Positions 27,801 through 29,599 of a stretch of DNA of 29,599 nucleotides are shown one piece after another. The stretch comes from a virus (lineage: Duplodnaviria; Caudoviricetes). A model generated the notes under the pieces. The model worked only from the letters and a program-made list of their open reading frames with translations. It did no database searches and was not told the origin of the DNA. The DNA lies in the IMG/VR virus record IMGVR_UViG_3300012953_000146, positions 1-29,599 of that record. One strand, written 5' to 3'. Positions within the stretch are counted from its first letter, which is position 1. Each line of letters starts with the position of its first letter. The translations under genes were made by a program, and so were the position numbers.

Positions 27801-29599
27801 TTTAGTGGAGCAAGTTTACAGTATATTAATGCACAGGTAACTGAAACTGTTTGGGGTTATTCCAAAGTAAGTGAATATATGAATCAGGTGGTTACTAACC
27901 AACTATCTGGTAATATCACTGTTGATGGAACAGTATACACAATATACCAAGATACAACTATAACTGAAGGTAGAGCAAATTATACTGATACTTCAGGTGA
28001 TCCTATTAGTAATACAAACAGTGGTGCTTGTGCTGATGTTCGTGCTGCTCTAGATACACTTAAGAACACTATTAGTGAAACTCTTCTACAGAATCAGGAC
28101 TTTAGTGATATTGAGGCAACTGAACCTTCTTACAACGCATCTGAAGTTATATGTCGTCGTGACTTAGGTTTATTTGTTGATGCTTTAGCACAAGATGTTA
28201 AGAGTGGTGGTAATCTATCAAGTGTTAAGTTTGTTCGTTCATACTATGCTACTGATGGTACTATCATTTCAGGTCTTCATGCTTCACAAGCAGGTACATC
28301 AATAACCCATGCTCGTGATCTTTCGAAGAAAGCAATTAACAACTTACTTTATGTTAAAGATTTAAGTTCAACAGGTTACAACTTAAATGATCCTACCACT
28401 TATAGTGGTGGTGTTGCTCCTGCACAATACTATGATGCTAACTATGCATCTGGTAACAATAACACATCAACTAACTGTGCTAACGTTCAGTCTACAATTG
28501 ATACTCTAACTGGAATTGTTACAACTGCATTTGCTGCTGGTAATCAAACTAATATCAACGCACTTGCAAGTATAGATGATGGATCATTCCGTGATGGTGA
28601 AACTGTTCGTGTTGTTAAGATTGCTTATAAGGATAAGTCATCTGGATTATTTGCTACTGGTGACGTAATTAAAGGTGTATCATCTAATGCTTCAACAACA
28701 CTTGAAGGTGTTAACTCTGGTTTAAGATGGATATTTAGTGATAGTTCTGGTGTAACAGGAACGTTTACAGACCGTGAATATATCACTAACTCTACTCTTG
28801 TTAATACTAATAACGTTACTCAAAGTGTTATTGTTACTAAGTCTGAATTAACTAATTCTACAAAATCTCTAAAATTTACTGGTGGTGGATTCCTTAAGTC
28901 TCCAGATTCATATGACTTTGACTTTGACACAGGAGATTTCACACTTGAAGCATGGATAAATCCAACTGCTATAACTGGCACACAGATGTTGTTTGACTTA
29001 CGTCGTACTGCTGGATCAGGTTTAAGAGTTAATATGTATGATGAAACTATCCGTGTTTACAACGGAAGTACTAGTATCATACTTTCTGGTAATGTATTTA
29101 CTGCAGCAAATACTTGGTACCACGTTGCAGTTATCAGAAATGGTGGTGTGATGCAAGCATATGTTAATGGAACACAAGCAGGTAGTAATGTTGCTAATAG
29201 TGATGACTTTGGATATTCTCCTTGTTACATTGGTTCTGATTTAGCAGGTTCGAATGACTTCACTGGTAACATGGATAATGTTATTGTAAGAAAAGGAGTT
29301 GCATCATATAGTGCTGCATTCACTCCTCCTACTGCTCCAGATTTCACTGATGAAAAAATCGTTCTAGGTTTAACAGGTGAGACACCATTTATATGTTCTA
29401 CTACTGAAACTTATGCTAAGTTCACTGGTCAAACTATATCATCTGCAACTGCTAAGAAGATCGATTATGATTCTAATCGTGTAATTATTGAAGATGTAGA
29501 TCTTGGTAGAGATGAGCATCGTCGTGCTGCAGCATCCATACTACAGAATGATAAGTGGATTTCTGAGACTGCTGTTGCAATGATGAAGGCTAAGTTCTC
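12897..29599 (+). CDS. gp7: Giant gp7-like baseplate wedge / multidomain receptor-binding structural protein (>5567 aa, 3'-truncated)
   Basis: ATG 3 nt after the gp6 stop (MRKNISVSDRVAYQIPDFIREEDQQFVNFLFEYYKSQE). The frame reads open wherever I translated it, through ...AVAMMKAKF at the window end, and the track reports no stop-terminated ORF in this frame. gp7-like core motifs: IRDFYVSKGTKTASQFLFKILFGE (~15051-15122) and QDSFFYQNFSYVIKS...HPAGFNMFG (~26103-26219). Confidence 0.9.
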   Translation, partial: MRKNISVSDRVAYQIPDFIREEDQQFVNFLFEYYKSQEKTGKPYDILNNINLYLDVDSYTSKTLSAGTTLLKNIGFDEPLIEVESIDGFVENDGSVLIDNEVIYYESVTRGPDAILTPGISLNEFKKKEQTLESPFSQFDGVENTFQLRFLGEPVSPVSAEHLLVRVYGIAQIPGTDYVVEGSTIRFTSTPRARIGTDNIASTSIIYMVGFAGTSIDTLDNITPIDASKTHKLRFNTGFYTPVSAVGLFVNRNGQFQQAYIDYVLYETATDGNYIEFIGTELSSSETIHIRSIEYTSLAVGTGAKVVSSVNDAGALIDLIVRDGGSGYRLDFAPKVTITPSDLGGVGATARTLIGGIKDIQLIGGGQGYTTYNPPSIEIAAPGNVNGTQATASLTVDDTTGLVSSVTITNSGSGYDFVPSVSFKNPGGAEITDPTIDSEGRLVVGSITIIAARNGFGYENPPFIYIDPPPTGGIQAAASTLLTPEGQVSSVLITNRGRGYLTAPRARVIQPIGAQVLGVTVTDQLTDVEGTVIGGGEVTDIELLTGGDGYTDAPSVYIVDDRKDAAGVSIGGSGATAVATIFNGEITDISITNFGTKYDPANPPKVYIAEPAAARASVDVGFDEVTGFDITTAGRDYKPSALVGCVRGTSGTISYDNYGNQIFATESQLRLSDHSAGSVITSIDTLFIRQIFDKLRRQYLPTINVDYTKVNPVQVIKKIRDFYVSKGTKTASQFLFKILFGEQVDVYYPKDEVISPSAATWVVDTILRASLIEGDPLNLIDGQLTQTVDEVDPNVGDASALIENVISIIEGTDTIYELAISEETLTGNFIIPYKTKLVEYLSQTDQIITVDSTIGWPERNGTIRLNDVEQVQYKERSLNQFIECTRSKNFIVEDWDPGTIVQSEIYVYVNKGLPTECKLRILGIAEAGSTLLDDTGSYYLEGDKLTVAALGSSEQDKKLDSWLYNVKKLIRVTSATPGGDNNQTATIVTTNPHGLLVEDLVTVYGANPTVYNGTFEVTARLDDYTFSYQMLAPTDIIPQGNILLSVDLNRGKSDVSSINTAVTPFTSNVQNAFFNANHVYVAATGLPNYKIGPFTGTALIPGNQRKLLRFPRVVTTVSKRETIDPNSPIGTWVNGVSIWSYKSSTFVRYGPITSISILDGGTGYDAGSKPNLEITGGGGYGCAAEVIVNGSLFSIEVDTGGTGYTTQPLVSVVGGGGTGATAQAVITGGRVSRVLVEQPGTGYVSQPLISITGGNGIGATATAQVRGPIQSVVLSNGGVGYTALPTVKLNSGEGALAQPIVINGRIVSIAIINSGAGYTTAPNVVINGDGFGSVAKAIIGTIGEDKGKVTTIQILNKGINYTQGLTTIRLDAVGESASFQSNVFQWTQNLQHNLTSNYDFARGYVFTGYNNQFGGEYAHLVDPKELRYVVGDNVFLDPQTNTFQEVEENNEHSPILGWAFDGNPIYGPYGYIDPTDQNSGLRRLRTSFRLKNALVYEIDSNPIPTRGDGPPLPSIVNGVEQSPAPDGTYPAGSFIDDYEYAFQLGDLDSYNGRFCKTPDYPEGTYAYFVTIDESANGVALFPYILGPKFYSQPDAWNLSQEATQDNIPSGVVRYRDPYANVDIDVDRAPNKEPDTITTELEGYPLILEVQDTNNDGLIDSNEQLAAIPITEESTLQIYDYFPTVSTESRVDIEVETTTKFESAQIDGFVIENPGVSYQVQDVIFFDNTGTDGFGASAEVSSVEGISILGYTKIIEDDIVYGKITTTANHDLSLNDEVIVSSTVIPDNTNKTYYTKVVSGIEDIGISQTGVGYNEQIPPTYELISDSGTDALISIDVTQTGQANTVNITNSGNNYSTTVPPQIRVSHPQVFKKTRYFFDEYKESTSSFNVKHSIQSTLRYTYVCGSVTKPDGTESAWIAKFDDLGALIWDRTLEPITGTLKTARFNNIYLDERSENDIIYVVGETEYDNVSANFAPDILLVKYESGFDNANSPEGQVKYQKEIAGVSGVTRRDYAMGVTLGEDERVYICGYTDTNSPDPDDMWVIQLNENGEMREKRKFSSADDDERMYQIHYLGDSTYQFVGMNMTDYYILLGEFTFDGSNIEINYVKNINPSGGRPQNPRFTIDEYDDLYLVWDIYNNAAQKNSAVGLAKLPRTQINANNPVWDFYRILAPSVTFESIKHADIGIDIFGNIVLITDVKYSENSRKVNLNYIKFDGTMIKQSTIESQGTVGIQAKTHVIDNSGDVITISNKQVSDQIASYRFNGTTDTGAGGFIASIDTITGTSSTRGAGVASVGSISGADQQRATNIGNLTTGVGADLRRGGVIQTTGNLSAAEVLRAGTVSTVDNISGADALRGGAVNTVDNISAADPLRGGVVGTVDTIGAAAQRRGGRITLMSNISAANTLRGGKILSVGNASGANGLRTAGQYNAVTWSSSANGQTAVFNIDVQSNGTPVINIVNGGISFAIGETITIADSQLGSGGAPAVTFDVASIGGFSYTNVSATSTDGSSTGNNAAFDVNVSSTGDVSLVINDGGIGYYSTETLSIADAAIGNSGAPAVTFDVSGLGGFQYNNVSTTNSGNGNNALKLNVTIDGAGAATAVTVGNNGGLAYAVNNTITIADSVLGNNGAAALTCDVATIVAPQTYTGIVATSTTGSGSGATFDVTIDSVGGVTLAVATVAGLGYAEDDQLQIQDSNLGNSGAANIDFQVNTLKAPPLYSNVPTATNGSGTGCTFQVTINTDGSVANLNVTSPGNGYQAGDTLTIADSNVGNNGAAAITCNIATVSGGALYNGVAPLSTTGNGASGTFNITVDSSGAITSLVVATAGRGYAAGEVITIDDANIGNRGAANFTFEITGTQGITYSGVSAWSTNGSGINAVFDIVISNLGAFTSMTATNRGQNFALNNQVTITDATLGGQGAGALVMDIASIQGHQYNGVAPTSNGNGENATFNITIDGTGAASAIVVANAGQEHGVGNVFTVTDAQIGNFGGTNLTFDVATLAAIQYTNITAAGGSGVNASINVNVAANGATTIEMNKTGRNYKSSEVLTVTDSQVGSYGYSNITFNIASVINVFDQTKQNNGTASLYNATNAIIDSTIKKFGTDSIKFQAENHYSVTDINLNGKEWTLQGWFRIEDAIHANSNSMPTFFFTEPNDSTSNELRVFIDGDQTSGDYGKVKIAAAGVEVMETASATIWTNFDADAWVHIAFVKDEPTLGNFTYTVFSNGTQIGQWSTTTDIPVDNVYVGGLLTPTATTSLLGNVDDFVIDATAQYTGSSFTAPTDEIAIRTNNNSIAIAKLDREHLKRGMADTDDDPNTPDVSVPYTLSGLSDHTSIMIAEDSNWTYNSTTGPVVTNWSIGPGGLQILDYSDINSQLIPGTYTFDNDSFIYGSKTSTVPTPGGKKLKISPVVTPKYYIKDASYTKIDSVQKMVFNQEVNFTKGTILQQYNDSDVVGAFGTVVEVPVGEIATPGLGNTYKIGKIYPAGATFNTTDKFKTTTVADTESNVISDIVFTAERAEAEWKAATAYTAGDIVYANGKFYSATTNATSGATRPSHSTGNQSDGGVSWDFTSTSTGALELDLANTAYPVPREPAWKQLVIHEVGDLVYNGRQLYKCTVSGRTSKIAPTHTTSTATDGTVTWEWQKTFDPLSNYARFKSYDAAEPYYQIQVNEIYHDSNSIVNDSLSLGGTITVNPKVGEPTVLQINSINSIKKVTIQAILDKTILLTTGGQTRTEDVYCVANSRHNFSAGNILFTEGFSTAEFNGSFFVKEIFSSRDYTFTTRAIPSAEPAFNQGSIAQVDIYTKHPTLMLIRNHNYIFDMSDSSNAGYFLSFSQDNEFKLEYSFNNIERTGTPGVFDGTNSPFVKFKIDGQVTNISYYFDPSRTGSDSPVGAQSFIDVKKTPFDGTYPVAKIIDDTNFQFPLAFEPEFTQANVGNDDQGVAYSKYSTTSLKAIGPINEIKLISAGGFYKKLPIISDIASFRQIERVNITAGGSEYAVGTYDQVGIIGDGEGGLCRIEVTVDETIGSGTISSVTVTDPGKGYTIASIDVDGITGILGPQLTGSGAELAVIIPAEGTGASVFLTGKNIGKIKKLKNNEFGYGYSHDYTLKPEITFPINLQLFNTSILSQIKITNPGAGYTSPPAVIVTGGGGFGAEAIAVVKNNRLSEIQIKNPGAGYSSEPVVTLKSEFNYVVNTDLGYLQFNFPHGITQGAAITFRADDVGNTVGVLPQPGSAGLTSLITGQLYYAISGEANSLESDQLRFALTPADAESGNYITFVDGSAGSGSGRQVLLTEVFGGQAEAIVETSVFLEGERVYMGDSEDQATIFATVSTNDGWQIGPKILKLVDAIGTFEAGYRVNGTVSRASGVIDNVSLAKGVLNIGSLTETPGKFIDDVGKPSEIVQKVQDSFFYQNFSYVIKSQIPISQWKQQLLDNNHPAGFNMFGQLQLTGGKDVSGRKVGTEFIKQVNINEYSNVNEITSFAAAQPIYSDFNNTEVLFRKKRLTNSEEILTSIVKKLDDISTEFDGIKKGFNLTVENQQVIVKNDQLLITLNGVIQAPIDSYDIVGGQIVFKEAPKAPSKIVYKNVSVEFLNITRLNLSDVGGIYPEIGYTLQGDNSDTYALVVSTGTNTVDVVDLQNTGGSAIFELNEVVRVSALGWSGRLDSVTLLSADNIFEFDETVIGTNRSKNNPTAQITEINLTEDGTAGNDIVLSKTSGTAEYETGVYDFDLQDIIYSNRSNVAARITSQAPYPVGTDENRGVQELTSGSTFYGLLFERLVSQSYPNILLDNISKSTVTPTELLDNDARINGNFLDFESIRSSEVTYTDLTNGVFGAGDTIRNIKVIYNNPILGSAYGIAANRHADGSRSITNARDEIIDFGDAQISVDHPDFYYPGQSQTDGRSRFRDAYRMIIKNKDYIVAQSYVDMVAQYPSTSIPSADKCKRDMAYYIDAVAYDMYSGGNKYARKFITEYFSGASLQYINAQVTETVWGYSKVSEYMNQVVTNQLSGNITVDGTVYTIYQDTTITEGRANYTDTSGDPISNTNSGACADVRAALDTLKNTISETLLQNQDFSDIEATEPSYNASEVICRRDLGLFVDALAQDVKSGGNLSSVKFVRSYYATDGTIISGLHASQAGTSITHARDLSKKAINNLLYVKDLSSTGYNLNDPTTYSGGVAPAQYYDANYASGNNNTSTNCANVQSTIDTLTGIVTTAFAAGNQTNINALASIDDGSFRDGETVRVVKIAYKDKSSGLFATGDVIKGVSSNASTTLEGVNSGLRWIFSDSSGVTGTFTDREYITNSTLVNTNNVTQSVIVTKSELTNSTKSLKFTGGGFLKSPDSYDFDFDTGDFTLEAWINPTAITGTQMLFDLRRTAGSGLRVNMYDETIRVYNGSTSIILSGNVFTAANTWYHVAVIRNGGVMQAYVNGTQAGSNVANSDDFGYSPCYIGSDLAGSNDFTGNMDNVIVRKGVASYSAAFTPPTAPDFTDEKIVLGLTGETPFICSTTETYAKFTGQTISSATAKKIDYDSNRVIIEDVDLGRDEHRRAAASILQNDKWISETAVAMMKAKF
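13797..14815 (+). repeat. About eight ~40-aa GxGY beta-repeats (protein level)
   Basis: DGGSGY, GGGQGY, NSGSGY, RNGFGY, NRGRGY, TGGDGY, NFGTKY and TAGRDY units, most followed by P-x-V/I-x-I. Confidence 0.8.
16345..17040 (+). repeat. Six ~39-aa GxGY beta-repeats (protein level)
   Basis: DGGTGY, TGGTGY, QPGTGY, NGGVGY, NSGAGY and NKGINY units with GGGG/GA-x-A linkers. Confidence 0.8.
18520..19645 (+). other. Beta-propeller domain within the giant protein
   Basis: Repeated blades: YVCGS...WIAKFDDLGALIWDR, IYVVGET...DILLVKY, VYICGYT...DMWVIQLNENG, IDIFGNIVL, IDNSGDVIT. Confidence 0.65.
19710..20165 (+). repeat. Nine tandem ~17-aa (~51-bp) repeats
   Basis: Consensus G-x-V/I-x-T-V-D-N-I-S-A-A-D-x-L-R-G; 152 aa in total. 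Copies at 19932 and 19983 match at 33 of 35 nt. Confidence 0.9.
20166..22109 (+). repeat. Nine tandem ~72-aa repeats
   Basis: Units start near 20166, 20379, 20598, 20820, 21039, 21255, 21471, 21687 and 21900. Consensus YxxV...GxGxxATFxVxIxxxG...GxGY...ITIxDxxLGNxGAxxxTFDVAxI; 648 aa in total. Confidence 0.9.
22110..22745 (+). other. LamG/concanavalin A-like domain 1
   Basis: KKFGTDSIKF...WTLQGWF...WVHIAFVK...NG...YVGG...GNVDDF...YTGSSFTAPT. Confidence 0.8.
23451..23819 (+). repeat. Two CBM5/12 (ChtBD3)-like aromatic modules
   Basis: WKAATAYTAGDIVYANGKFY...PSH...DGGVSW and WKQLVIHEVGDLVYNGRQLY...PTH...DGTVTW. Confidence 0.65.
27465..28545 (+). repeat. Two nested helical CxRD...GGN domains (phycobiliprotein-like)
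   Basis: KCKRDMAYYIDAVAYDMYSGGN (Cys 27708) and ICRRDLGLFVDALAQDVKSGGN (Cys 28152), closed by CADVRAALDTL and CANVQSTIDTL. Confidence 0.7.
28860..29345 (+). other. LamG/concanavalin A-like domain 2
   Basis: GDFTLEAWINP...NTWYHVAVIR...YVNG...YIGS...FTGNMDNV...FTPPT. Confidence 0.85.

Noticed and set aside
12897-29599. Intein, intron or diversity-generating retroelement in the giant ORF
   Set aside because: I saw no splicing or LAGLIDADG motifs, no frame break, no reverse transcriptase and no adenine-specific template/variable repeat pair. The insertions look like structural domains.
1-29599. tRNA, rRNA, integrase or transposase genes
   Set aside because: No cloverleaf/T-loop signatures in the intergenic gaps and no recombinase motifs in any ORF read.

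Overview
AT-rich fragment of a T4-like myovirus, most likely a marine cyanophage (gp25-gp6-gp7-like baseplate block, NATAAATA late promoters, cyanophage-type 2OG-Fe(II) oxygenase and small ORFs). All credible genes are on the + strand. Positions 1-4290 hold a dense cluster of small early-type ORFs with sigma70-like promoters, a duplicated palindrome-promoter module and DnaA-box-like repeats. Positions 4494-12893 encode an NlpC/P60 protein, an AbrB-like protein, a 1283-aa putative virion protein, a Cys-rich PAAR-like protein, a small basic protein coupled to a SET-domain methyltransferase, gp25 and gp6. From 12897 to the window end is one open frame of more than 5567 codons that the ORF track omits because it has no stop in the window: a giant gp7-like baseplate wedge/receptor-binding protein. 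Its most striking property is a nested 'Russian-doll' architecture. Nine ~17-aa N-half repeats are followed by exactly nine ~72-aa C-half repeats, inserted in a LamG domain that appears inserted in a beta-propeller. It also carries nested helical domains resembling the chromophore-binding core of phycobiliproteins. All family calls come from motif recognition by eye; no database searches were run.
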